Part shown: piece by piece, positions 38,854 through 47,638 of the stretch
Layout of the letters: each line of letters begins with the position of its first letter
Position numbering within the stretch: the first letter of the stretch is position 1
NCBI GenBank assembly: GCA_964490105.1
Contig: CAZAZU010000001.1
Span: 580,174 to 644,173 of the forward strand
DNA from: an uncultured Gammaproteobacteria bacterium
GTDB taxonomy: Bacteria; Patescibacteriota; Microgenomatia; Levybacterales; UBA12049
Length of the DNA stretch: 64,000 nt
Reading direction: 5' to 3'
Made by a program: the position numbers and the translations under genes
The notes under the pieces: model-generated
Database searches by the model: none
What the model saw: the letters and a program-made list of their open reading frames with translations, nothing else
What the model was told of the DNA's origin: nothing

Positions 38854-40035
38854 TTATTTAATAACTTTTGTAACTACTCCTGCTCCAACTGTTTTTCCAC
38901 CTTCTCGGACTGCGAACCTAACTCCTTCTTCAAGAGCTACTGGAGCGATAAGTTTTACTGTCATTTTTGTTGAGTCTCCAGGCATAACCATTTCTACCCC
39001 TGATGGAAGAGTAGCTTCTCCTGTTACGTCTGTTGTTCTGATATAAAATTGTGGTCTGTATCCTGTGAAGAAAGGTGTGTGACGTCCTCCCTCTTCTTTT
39101 GTAAGAATATAGATTTCAGCTTCAAATTCTGTGTGCGGAGTAATAGATCCTGGCTTTGCAAGAACCTGTCCTCTTTCAACATCGTCTTTTTCAATTCCTC
39201 GAATTAATACTCCTACATTATCTCCTGCTTGACCTTCATCTAGCATCTTATGGAACATTTCTACTCCGGTTACAACTGTATTTGCTGTAGCTTTAATTCC
39301 AACGATTTCTACTGCTTCGTTTACTTTAACTACTCCTCTTTCAATTCTTCCAGTTACAACTGTTCCGCGTCCTTTAATTGAGAAAACGTCTTCAACAGGC
39401 ATAAGGAATGGCTTAGCTGTATCTCTAACTGGAGTTGGAATATCTTTATCTACTGCTTCCATTAAAGCTAATATTTGCTTTTCTGCTTCTGCGTCTCCTT
39501 CAAGAGCTTTAAGAGCTGATCCTCTTACGATTGTAACTGTGTCTCCAGGATATTCATATTTAGTAAGTAATTCTCTTACTTCCATTTCAACTAAATCTAG
39601 GAGTTCTGCGTCTTGAACCATATCTACTTTATTAAGCCATACCACAATTGAAGGTACTCCAACCTGGCGTGCTAATAGAATGTGTTCTCGTGTTTGAGGC
39701 ATAGGACCGTCTGGAGCTGAAACTACTAAGATAGCTCCGTCCATTTGTGCTGCTCCTGTAATCATGTTCTTGATGTAATCTGCGTGTCCTGGAGCGTCGA
39801 TGTGAGCATAGTGTCTGTTAGCTGTTTCGTATTCTACGTGAGTAATATTAATCGTGACTCCGCGTGCTTTTTCTTCTGGAGCATTATCAATATCCTCATA
39901 CTTCATAGCTTTTGCTCCGCCAGTCTTAGAAAGAACTGTAGCAATAGCTGCAGTAGTAGTAGTCTTACCATGGTCAACGTGACCAATAGTTCCTATGTTT
40001 ACGTGTGGTTTTGATCTGTCAAATTTATCTGCCAT
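38854..40035 (-). CDS. tuf: Elongation factor Tu
   Basis: [26 protein letters not shown]... The track ORF begins 5 codons earlier (MVFLIM); the conserved N-terminus indicates a start at 40035. Confidence 0.95.
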   Translation of the reverse strand: MADKFDRSKPHVNIGTIGHVDHGKTTTTAAIATVLSKTGGAKAMKYEDIDNAPEEKARGVTINITHVEYETANRHYAHIDAPGHADYIKNMITGAAQMDGAILVVSAPDGPMPQTREHILLARQVGVPSIVVWLNKVDMVQDAELLDLVEMEVRELLTKYEYPGDTVTIVRGSALKALEGDAEAEKQILALMEAVDKDIPTPVRDTAKPFLMPVEDVFSIKGRGTVVTGRIERGVVKVNEAVEIVGIKATANTVVTGVEMFHKMLDEGQAGDNVGVLIRGIEKDDVERGQVLAKPGSITPHTEFEAEIYILTKEEGGRHTPFFTGYRPQFYIRTTDVTGEATLPSGVEMVMPGDSTKMTVKLIAPVALEEGVRFAVREGGKTVGAGVVTKVIK

Positions 40036-40039
40036 AATT

Positions 40040-40064
40040 AAAAAAACCATCAGCCATTTGATGG
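40040..40064 (-). terminator. 5'-terminal stem-loop plus U7 tract in the tuf leader (terminator-like; possible attenuator or 5' stabiliser)
   Basis: Minus strand: CCATCAaatggcTGATGG then TTTTTTT, 4 nt before the tuf ATG. No SD. Confidence 0.45.
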
Positions 40065-40071
40065 TAAAAAG

Positions 40072-40100
40072 AATATACTACACTTTTCAGAAATCGTCAA
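40072..40100 (-). promoter_or_regulatory. Sigma70-like promoter for tuf: TTGACG-17 nt-TATATT
   Basis: Minus strand: ttgacg atttctgaaaagtgtag tatatt. The predicted TSS falls at the base of the hairpin immediately upstream of tuf. Confidence 0.5.
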
Positions 40101-40117
40101 GAGGGATTTTACCAGTT

Positions 40118-40489
40118 TCAGTTCGCTGAGCCTTCGGCGATTTCATCTGACACCTGATCCCTTACTGGTCTATCCTGAGGTGTCCCTTTTGACATCACTT
40201 CATTTCTAAGTCTGAATCTCACGAAACTTAAAAGCACTAAATCAGTTCCCATGACTACGCCTCTGTTAATAATTTCATGGCCCTTACTCAAGCTATTAAT
40301 ATGATGTCTATGGCTTGCAATAGAGCTTGGATCTAGGGGATCTATGATAGGACTTTCGTGGAAAAATTGAGACGCTTCTTCATATCTCGCTCTTGCTGCT
40401 GAAAATTCTACAATACCTTGTCTTGGGGTTTGTTTTTCAATTCTTATCAAACTTCTTACTGCTAATCTTGCAGTCTCTAATCTTCCCAT
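40118..40489 (-). CDS. Hypothetical protein (Arg/Ser-rich), translationally coupled to the upstream MazG-like gene
   Basis: 123-aa ORF whose start overlaps the stop of the MazG-like gene by 1 nt. Confidence 0.4.
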   Translation of the reverse strand: MGRLETARLAVRSLIRIEKQTPRQGIVEFSAARARYEEASQFFHESPIIDPLDPSSIASHRHHINSLSKGHEIINRGVVMGTDLVLLSFVRFRLRNEVMSKGTPQDRPVRDQVSDEIAEGSAN

Positions 40490-40818
40490 TAACGTTTGGG
40501 TTCAGCCTTTCTTTTTTCTATTTTTTTAAGCGAATACATGATCGCATCATTTAAATTTATCTTTTTAATGCGAGCTAATCTGAGGATTGAAACTAAAATG
40601 TCGCCTAATTCCTGTCTATAGGTCTCATCCTCCTGAGCTGATAAATTAGTCGCTTTTCTTCCATGCTTCGCAAGATATGCTCGCGACATCTCTCCAACCT
40701 CTTCAACTATTTGGAGTATCAAAATTGAACCAAACTCTTTAGAATCTCTTACTCCCTTATCGATTCCATCTAAATATTTTATGTAGTAGCCAAACGGACT
40801 TGGCTTTCTTTTACTCAT
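40489..40818 (-). CDS. MazG-like nucleotide pyrophosphohydrolase domain protein
   Basis: 109 aa. EExGE-type motif (QIVEEVGEMSRAY) and ELGDILVSILRLA, typical of the small MazG/all-alpha NTP-PPase family. Confidence 0.55.
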   Translation of the reverse strand: MSKRKPSPFGYYIKYLDGIDKGVRDSKEFGSILILQIVEEVGEMSRAYLAKHGRKATNLSAQEDETYRQELGDILVSILRLARIKKINLNDAIMYSLKKIEKRKAEPKR

Positions 40819-40851
40819 GAGGCTATTATAACATTATGGAAGGTTAGAATT

Positions 40852-41484
40852 TTAATTGATTTCTTTGATACCGAACTCTACTTGATTATAGTAAAAACCC
40901 CATCCGTCTCCGCCTTCAGACATGGGGAATCCGCAGATCTCTTTAGTTTTTATACCCTTAAAAGCTTTTCCTCTTCTGTTGTTCCCATCAGTTACATACA
41001 TACCTGTATAGGCAAACTTATTAGACGTATTCGTTCTAACAAATGCAATCGTATTGCAATTTTTTGTAATCTTTAGATATCGGGCAGGATAATTACAGTC
41101 ATCTTGCGTAGCGGTTTTTTCTCTCCCGTTTTTCTTAACCGTAAAAGACTTTTTCGCACAATCTTCTGACCCGTCTTGATCTGCATTTTTATTTACATCT
41201 CTAAAGAGCTTTATTGCAATATATTTGTCAACAGTTACCCCTGCTGCTACCTGTTTTTTGACATTAGAAATCGCCTCATCTCTTGTGTATGAAACATCCT
41301 CATCAACTGTGGTGACACCTTTTACTTGATTGGACGAAAGTGTAACTTGATATATGGTTAACGTAGAAAGAACTATAACTCCAAAAACGACTAGTTTTGG
41401 GAAAGTGAATAGTTTTTCTAAAAAGGATTTCTTAGCAGCTCGTCGTGCCGGCCTTTTTCGGGATTTGGACAGTTTTTTTGGCAT
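40852..41484 (-). CDS. Secreted/membrane-anchored Cys-containing protein, paralog A
   Basis: 210 aa. Basic N-terminus plus TM anchor; extracytoplasmic domain with 4 Cys. Shares SEDC..AFV..TG.Y.TD..FGIKE blocks with the next gene. Confidence 0.45.
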   Translation of the reverse strand: MPKKLSKSRKRPARRAAKKSFLEKLFTFPKLVVFGVIVLSTLTIYQVTLSSNQVKGVTTVDEDVSYTRDEAISNVKKQVAAGVTVDKYIAIKLFRDVNKNADQDGSEDCAKKSFTVKKNGREKTATQDDCNYPARYLKITKNCNTIAFVRTNTSNKFAYTGMYVTDGNNRRGKAFKGIKTKEICGFPMSEGGDGWGFYYNQVEFGIKEIN

Positions 41485-41539
41485 CTATTCCAGTGAACAC
41501 TATAAACGTATGTTTTGTCAATTAGTTTTTTAGAGGTAT

Positions 41540-42043
41540 TTACTGTTTTTTAACTCCGAAGTCGATTACTGTGTAGTATGAGTCAACTGAAAATTTTCCT
41601 GTTACTTCCTGTGAATGTCTTCCGTTAAGTCTTACTTCTCCTTCATGAGTCTTATCAGTAAAATTATATCCTGTAAAAATAAAGCCGTCCACCTTTTTTA
41701 ATTTTATTGTTACAGTTCTTGCTTTTGTGACAAATGCAACGTCTTCTGTGCAACCCCAAATACTTCTTTCAAATTTAGTACCGTTTGGTCTTGTAAACTC
41801 ATAAGTAACATTTCTATTTAAACAATCCTCAGCACTGCCTCGTCTGCCATTCATGTTTGGATCTTTAAAGACTGAAAGTAAATGATATGTTGGCGGAGTA
41901 TCACCGCTAATTCTAGTTATATTTGAAATTTCTGACCTCTGAACAAAAGACTCATCCACATATTGAGCCGAAGCATTTTGAGGAGCTACAACTACAAAAG
42001 CTAACAACATTCCAACCAATAAAGCCCTTAATTTTAATTTCAT
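41540..42043 (-). CDS. Secreted Cys-containing protein, paralog B
   Basis: Signal peptide MKLKLRALLVGMLLAFVVVAPQNASA (start chosen at this Met). Blocks AEDC..VAFV..FTGYNFTD..DFGVKK match paralog A. Confidence 0.45.
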   Translation of the reverse strand: MKLKLRALLVGMLLAFVVVAPQNASAQYVDESFVQRSEISNITRISGDTPPTYHLLSVFKDPNMNGRRGSAEDCLNRNVTYEFTRPNGTKFERSIWGCTEDVAFVTKARTVTIKLKKVDGFIFTGYNFTDKTHEGEVRLNGRHSQEVTGKFSVDSYYTVIDFGVKKQ

Positions 42044-42131
42044 GCTTGCAAGATACCAATAATGCTTCAATTTGTCAAATATTAAGCACATTTTGATTGA
42101 CTTTTAAGTCACCTATTGTTACGATACTTCA

Positions 42132-42674
42132 GTGAATCAAGCACGAATTTTAATAGTTGAGGACGAAGAATACTTAAGGGAACTTTATCAGGAAGTTCTT
42201 TCTGATCAAGGATATTTTGTAGATACTGCAGAAAACGGAAATGAAGGGCTTGCAAAAATTCAGCAAGGCGGATGGGATCTTGTAATGCTAGATATCATAC
42301 TTCCTGGAATTGATGGAATCTCAATAATGAGACAGATAAAAGCTTCCCCGGCAAAACTTCCAAATAAAAAAATAATATTTTTAACTAATTTAGATAAAGA
42401 TAAAGAAATGCAGGAAGGGCTCTCTTTGGGAGATGGATATTTTATTAAAAGCCAAATTACCCCTGGTAATCTAGTGGATCAAATAAAAGCTTACATAAAT
42501 ATTGAACAGACTCCAAATCATAATGCCCCTCAGGTTCAGCAAAATCAAACTCCACCTGCAAGTCCACCCACTCAAGCTGCACCTATTCAATCAGCTCCAC
42601 CTCAGCAAACACCTAGTCAACCAATAGCTCAAACACCTGCGCCTGCAAACCCTAGCCAAACCAAGCCTCAGTGA
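42132..42674 (+). CDS. Single-domain response regulator (CheY-like receiver) with Pro/Gln-rich C-terminal tail
   Basis: 180 aa, GTG start. Receiver motifs ILIVEDEE...DLVMLDIILPGIDG...; about 55-aa PQ-rich low-complexity tail; no DNA-binding domain. Confidence 0.7.
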   Translation: MNQARILIVEDEEYLRELYQEVLSDQGYFVDTAENGNEGLAKIQQGGWDLVMLDIILPGIDGISIMRQIKASPAKLPNKKIIFLTNLDKDKEMQEGLSLGDGYFIKSQITPGNLVDQIKAYINIEQTPNHNAPQVQQNQTPPASPPTQAAPIQSAPPQQTPSQPIAQTPAPANPSQTKPQ

Positions 42675-44071
42675 GTTAAAAATGGAATTGTAAAATTGAA
42701 TGTGGCTCCTTTTCCTTCACCTAATGATTCAGCCCACATCTTCCCTCCGTGCATTTCTACGAGAAGTTTTGAAAGATAAAGTCCAAGTCCTGTACCCTGT
42801 GCTTCTTGTTTGTGTAGATAACTTTCTCCCATAGTCCCGAACTTTCTGAAAAGCTTTTCCATATCTTCCTTATTCATTCCTCGCCCAGTGTCAACTACAG
42901 TAACAAGTAAATTCTTATCTTCAGGCTTTATCGATACATTAATAGAGCCTCCAGACGGAGTAAATTTAAGTGAATTCCCCACAAGATTAATGATAACTTG
43001 CTCAATTCTTTCATGATCAGCATTTACCAAAGGCACTGGGTAATTGGGCTTTGCAAATGCGAGCTTCAAGCCAAGCTGCTGTGCTCGAGGGATTAACTCT
43101 TCGACCTGTTTTTCTAAAATATCAACAATTTGAACTGGTTTTAACTCAAGCGATAGTCTTCCGGACTCAATTCTAGAGACATTTAACATATCATTTACAA
43201 GATTTATCAGTCTTTCAGTTGACGAATAAGCACGTGTTAAATAACTCATTTCTTTTTCGGTGAGCTGCCCTTTTTTCTTATCCATAAATAGCCACAAATA
43301 AGATTTAATAATGGTCATTGGGGTTCGGAGTTCATGAGAAGCCAGAGAAACGAATTCGTCTTTTAACTTGTCAAGTTGCTTCAATCTTTCATTAGCTTCC
43401 TGAATCGATCGGTAAAGAAGTGAGTTATCAAGAGCAATTCCTACAACTCCTGCCATTCGATCAATTAAAGCTTTTTTCTCTAGTGTTATTGCAGATTCTT
43501 CTTCTGTGATTCCAATAACCAACGTCCCAATCACATCAAGCCTAACTATAAGCGGATAAACAATTATAGATTTTACTTCCATTTCCTCTTGCGCTTCTTT
43601 AGATTCTTCATCTGAAATGTTTGAACCAAATATATCCTGAAGACTTTTTACAATCTGAACTTTCTTTGTCAGTAAAGTTTTTACTAGAACATTATCTTTT
43701 TCAGATAAAGCAATTGAAAGTTTTAAAAATTTATTTTTCCCGATATCGTTTATTGCTTCACTTTTTGCAAACGATGAAATGGCGATTGGAATTATTAATT
43801 TTTCTTCCTGCTTAACAATACAGATACTTACAAATCTAAATTCTTCCTCAACTAAAAGATCAGACACCTGCTGTGCGATTTGATTTGGGTCTGTAACCGT
43901 TGAGAGAACTACCTCATCTATATGCCTAAGAAGAGCAAGGGTCTTATTTCTGTCATTTAAATCCTGATTCTTCTTGTACATCTCCTGCATGATGTGCTCT
44001 ATGCCAGTTACGGCAGATACTGCTACAGGGTCTGTCACAGAATTTATCGGATCTTTTTGGGGCAGGTCCAT
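42668..44071 (-). CDS. Soluble sensor histidine kinase (GAF-like sensor + HisKA + HATPase_c), no TM segments
   Basis: 467 aa. H-box SHELRTPMT, N-box LVGNSLKFT, G-boxes DTGRGM and GTGLGLYLSK. Convergent with the RR gene and overlapping it by 7 nt. Confidence 0.8.
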   Translation of the reverse strand: MDLPQKDPINSVTDPVAVSAVTGIEHIMQEMYKKNQDLNDRNKTLALLRHIDEVVLSTVTDPNQIAQQVSDLLVEEEFRFVSICIVKQEEKLIIPIAISSFAKSEAINDIGKNKFLKLSIALSEKDNVLVKTLLTKKVQIVKSLQDIFGSNISDEESKEAQEEMEVKSIIVYPLIVRLDVIGTLVIGITEEESAITLEKKALIDRMAGVVGIALDNSLLYRSIQEANERLKQLDKLKDEFVSLASHELRTPMTIIKSYLWLFMDKKKGQLTEKEMSYLTRAYSSTERLINLVNDMLNVSRIESGRLSLELKPVQIVDILEKQVEELIPRAQQLGLKLAFAKPNYPVPLVNADHERIEQVIINLVGNSLKFTPSGGSINVSIKPEDKNLLVTVVDTGRGMNKEDMEKLFRKFGTMGESYLHKQEAQGTGLGLYLSKLLVEMHGGKMWAESLGEGKGATFNFTIPFLTH

Positions 44072-44093
44072 TTGTTAATTATAAGTTGAATGC

Positions 44094-44366
44094 TTATTTG
44101 AGTAAAGCGGGGAGACTGTCTGCAGGAACAGAAAGACCTTTTATAGCATCTTTACAGACTTCTACAGACGTTTGGCCAAATAAATTCTGATATTGCTTCA
44201 CCAGATTATCGATAATTGCCTTTTCGTCCCCTCCTAAAGCCACTTCATGATTTTGCCAATCTATTTTAAGGCCTGGCACTTTTTTTGCTTGTTCCAATGC
44301 CACTGGTCCAATAATAGACTCTTGCTCTTTTATTATCCTTTGAGCCATCTGAGCAAAAATATCCAT
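44094..44366 (-). CDS. Hypothetical small protein co-operonic with the histidine kinase
   Basis: 90-aa ORF sitting 22 nt upstream of the HK start. Confidence 0.4.
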   Translation of the reverse strand: MDIFAQMAQRIIKEQESIIGPVALEQAKKVPGLKIDWQNHEVALGGDEKAIIDNLVKQYQNLFGQTSVEVCKDAIKGLSVPADSLPALLK

Positions 44367-44375
44367 AAGCTTAAA

Positions 44376-45191
44376 CTATGTCCTAAGTTTTTTTAAAACG
44401 TCTCCTAACTGAAGGAGTCCCAATGTCATCAGTGAATATGAAGCGAGATACAAGTAATCATTTAATCCGCCAGCATACCAAGTTTCCCTACTTGCTTGAA
44501 ATAAAAACGTATAATCAGCTAAGAACTGAACCATTAGAGCGATCACTATAAAAAATATTTTACTTCTCATAACTCCTCCTAGTAAATTTCTAGAAAGAAA
44601 GTAAGTTAAAAGAGCAAATGATATATAAATCGCTTGACCAAGCGGATAACCAAAATCTAATAGTGTTCTTAGGGGTGCCGACATATCTATCTTATGACCT
44701 TGAACGAATAAAAAGTATCCTGCGAGAACCATTCCTAAAGGTATTAAAACCGCGGCTATTTTATTTTCAAATCCTTTGAGTCCGATTTTCAAACCCGAAG
44801 CTTTTCCAAGCAAATACGCGCCGTAAATATAAAGCGGAATACTTCCAAAGTAACCTAAATCCCCTAATGAAGGGTATGGAACTTCGATCTTGAGAAAATA
44901 AATATAGAAAGAATACATTAGCTGACCAAATTCTTGCGCTAGAAGTCCTAGTGAAAACATAAGAATTGAACGGCCAAAAAGGCTTTTGAAAAATCCCCAT
45001 TTTCTTGAAATTAAAATTCCCCACACTCCTCCCCATATAGCCATTAATCCATATGAAGCTGCGAATATTTGATGCTGGAGAGTATCAGTTGTTGTACTTG
45101 AGGACTGAATATATATCCACCAAAGAGTGAAGAAAACAAATATGGCAATCGCTATTTTATTTTGCCATTGATTACTATTAGCTTCTGGCAT
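44376..45191 (-). CDS. Polytopic membrane protein (about 7-8 TM), hypothetical; upstream of the small-protein/HK genes
   Basis: 271 aa, hydrophobic throughout; possible membrane input partner of the soluble HK. Confidence 0.45.
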   Translation of the reverse strand: MPEANSNQWQNKIAIAIFVFFTLWWIYIQSSSTTTDTLQHQIFAASYGLMAIWGGVWGILISRKWGFFKSLFGRSILMFSLGLLAQEFGQLMYSFYIYFLKIEVPYPSLGDLGYFGSIPLYIYGAYLLGKASGLKIGLKGFENKIAAVLIPLGMVLAGYFLFVQGHKIDMSAPLRTLLDFGYPLGQAIYISFALLTYFLSRNLLGGVMRSKIFFIVIALMVQFLADYTFLFQASRETWYAGGLNDYLYLASYSLMTLGLLQLGDVLKKLRT

Positions 45192-45252
45192 ATAATCAGC
45201 TTAAACCTAAAGATAAATAAATGTCAACTTATCTAACTTCCGCTACTTAACG

Positions 45253-46164
45253 ATGATACCCATATTTCCCTCATCGAAAAAGCTAGAGCTAACCGACAGA
45301 GAAGAAATAGAAAATTTCACAAAAAGTTTCGCCCCATATTCTGACTATAATTTTGTAAGCTTGTATTCCTATAACACTCAAAACTTAACTGAATTATCAT
45401 ACCTAAATAATAATCTCGTAATTTTATTCGAGGATTATATTACCGAAGAACCGGTTTACTCATTTATAGGTATAAATAATTTAGAAGACACTGCAAGAAA
45501 ACTTTTAGATAGAGCTCACGAATTAAATATACTTGATCAATTAAAATTAATTCCTGAAGGAAATTTTGGCGAGCACATTCATGGAATTCCAGGATTTGAC
45601 GCTATAGAAGATCCCGATAATTTTGATTACATTTTATCAGTTGATAAATTAAGTAAGCTCGAAGGAGGGGAGTTCCAAGACAAAAGAAATTTATATAATA
45701 GATTTGGTATTGAAAATCCTGATGCAGAGATAAAAAAATTAGATCTAACTAATAGTCAAACTAAAGATGAGATTTTAAATCTTTTTGATACTTGGGTAGA
45801 ACGAAAAGGAAAATCAATCGAAGAAACAGAACATGAAAAAACTGCAATAAAAAGACTCCTAAAAGCTTCTAACTTTTTTAATCTAATTTCAATTGGAATT
45901 TTTAAAAATAACAGACTAATAAGTTTCGCTATTTCTGAAATTGTAAATAATAACTTCTCAGTATTTCACTTTGTTAAAGCAGACATTGAATTTAAAGGTA
46001 ATTTTGAAACCACATATAAAACATTAGCAAGTGAATTAAAAAAAAGTGGAGTTTTATTTATTAATTACGAACAACATTTAGGAATTGAGAATTTGAAAAA
46101 ATCTAAAGAACTATGGAGGCCTGTGGGATTTTTAAAAAAATATACAATTTCAAAAATTGATTAA
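45253..46164 (+). CDS. Hypothetical protein; a weak guess is a DUF2156/FemAB-like acyltransferase fold
   Basis: 303 aa, host-like composition, no motif I can state with confidence. Confidence 0.35.
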   Translation: MIPIFPSSKKLELTDREEIENFTKSFAPYSDYNFVSLYSYNTQNLTELSYLNNNLVILFEDYITEEPVYSFIGINNLEDTARKLLDRAHELNILDQLKLIPEGNFGEHIHGIPGFDAIEDPDNFDYILSVDKLSKLEGGEFQDKRNLYNRFGIENPDAEIKKLDLTNSQTKDEILNLFDTWVERKGKSIEETEHEKTAIKRLLKASNFFNLISIGIFKNNRLISFAISEIVNNNFSVFHFVKADIEFKGNFETTYKTLASELKKSGVLFINYEQHLGIENLKKSKELWRPVGFLKKYTISKID

Positions 46165-47072
46165 CTTTTGTAGATCAGAAAGAGGCCGGCGATCATTAAA
46201 AGCATCAAGATTCCATTTCGCAGTTTATTTTCCCCTGCTGCATCCCTAAGATATTTTGGGAAAAATGGAAAAAATAAAACCGCAAATAAAAGTACATAAA
46301 TCGGCTGAATTCCTTCAATAACTTTTACAATTGACACTGGTCCCTTACTTATTGCTAAGTTACCAACAAATTCTGCAGAAATTCCCAATAGCTCAACAAA
46401 TGAAAAAACCAATATCCATTTTTTAAAAGTTTTCTTGAATTCTTTTCCGAATTCTCTTCCTTTTTTTGTAGATAATACTAAAAATAATGCTCCCAGTCCC
46501 ATTCCCATTGAAAAAAGCATATATCCTGTCCAAAAATCTACTTCTGTATAAACATATTTTCCTATCACAGAGATCACTGCGAAAATAAAGGCACCAATTC
46601 CGACCAGTATAAATGCCGGGGAGAATTTAAATTTCTTAATATCTGTCACAGAAATGGCAAGAGAGGAAAAAAGAATAATTCCAAAACCTAAATACTGATT
46701 TAGAGTTAAAACCTCTTTCAGGAAAAAATACGCTAAGAATGGAATTAGAGCTGGAGCAAGACTAAATAATGAAATAACTACTGAAGGTTTTTCTACCTCA
46801 AGTCCTCTGAAGTAGAAGTAATAATACATAACCGTAAGAAATCCTGCTAATAATCCTAATCCTGCGACTAAAGGAGAGGGGACTGAAATATCTACAAAAA
46901 ATAAAGCGGTAAGAGGAAGCAATCCAAAAATTCCAGAAATTATTGCTCCAAAATGTGCGGAGCGATAAACATTTCTAAGTAAATTATCATCAATAATATT
47001 TATTAAAGCAAAAAGGGCAGGAGTAAGAAGAGCTAGTAAAAACCATTGCTCCGTAATCATAATTAGGTCCAA
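46161..47072 (-). CDS. EamA-like (DMT superfamily) transporter
   Basis: 303 aa, about 10 TM, with the two-repeat architecture of EamA. Overlaps the pdaD start. Confidence 0.6.
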   Translation of the reverse strand: MDLIMITEQWFLLALLTPALFALINIIDDNLLRNVYRSAHFGAIISGIFGLLPLTALFFVDISVPSPLVAGLGLLAGFLTVMYYYFYFRGLEVEKPSVVISLFSLAPALIPFLAYFFLKEVLTLNQYLGFGIILFSSLAISVTDIKKFKFSPAFILVGIGAFIFAVISVIGKYVYTEVDFWTGYMLFSMGMGLGALFLVLSTKKGREFGKEFKKTFKKWILVFSFVELLGISAEFVGNLAISKGPVSIVKVIEGIQPIYVLLFAVLFFPFFPKYLRDAAGENKLRNGILMLLMIAGLFLIYKS

Positions 47073-47554
47073 TCTTCGGACTTATATGCAGCAATTACTA
47101 CAACTGACGCCGGTAAATCCTTGACCTGAGCTGTTTTAATTTTAATTCCTAATTTATCTTCATCAAATTCCAAATCTCTATTTTTACATAAATCCATTAT
47201 GGATCTTTTTACTTCTTCTCGTAAATCTGCCTCTACCGAACTTTCAACCTCTCCTGTTTCTTCATGCTCTACGAAAACTCCCCGTCCATCTTCTAACTGA
47301 TACCAACCAAGTGCTGCCCCAATAAATCTCCCTGAATCTCTACTTCTCATTTCGGCTTTTACACAATAAAGCTTATTCCCCCATTCATTATCATTTACGG
47401 GCATTTTCTCATGAATAACTGTCGTCATTGGAGGAATAACAGATGAAAGAGTAATAAGATTAAAATTCATTACTCCTGCATCCATAAGTGCACCATCAAA
47501 TGCAGATAAAGGTGTTTTCCCGAAGCCTACGCCAGTTGTAATATAAATTTTCAT
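47063..47554 (-). CDS. pdaD: Pyruvoyl-dependent arginine decarboxylase (archaeal PdaD type)
   Basis: 163 aa: GVGFGKTPLSAFDGALMDAGVMNFNLITLSSVIPP matches PdaD NAFDxALLxAGIGNVNLIxxSSIxPP, with the Ser-Ser self-cleavage site. Confidence 0.7.
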   Translation of the reverse strand: MKIYITTGVGFGKTPLSAFDGALMDAGVMNFNLITLSSVIPPMTTVIHEKMPVNDNEWGNKLYCVKAEMRSRDSGRFIGAALGWYQLEDGRGVFVEHEETGEVESSVEADLREEVKRSIMDLCKNRDLEFDEDKLGIKIKTAQVKDLPASVVVIAAYKSEDWT

Positions 47555-47638
47555 AACCTAATCAGTATATAAGGAAATATTAAAAAAATTCAAGCCTCAT
47601 AGTTTCCTATAGGGGTTAATTGATTCAATCTAGGGTAA

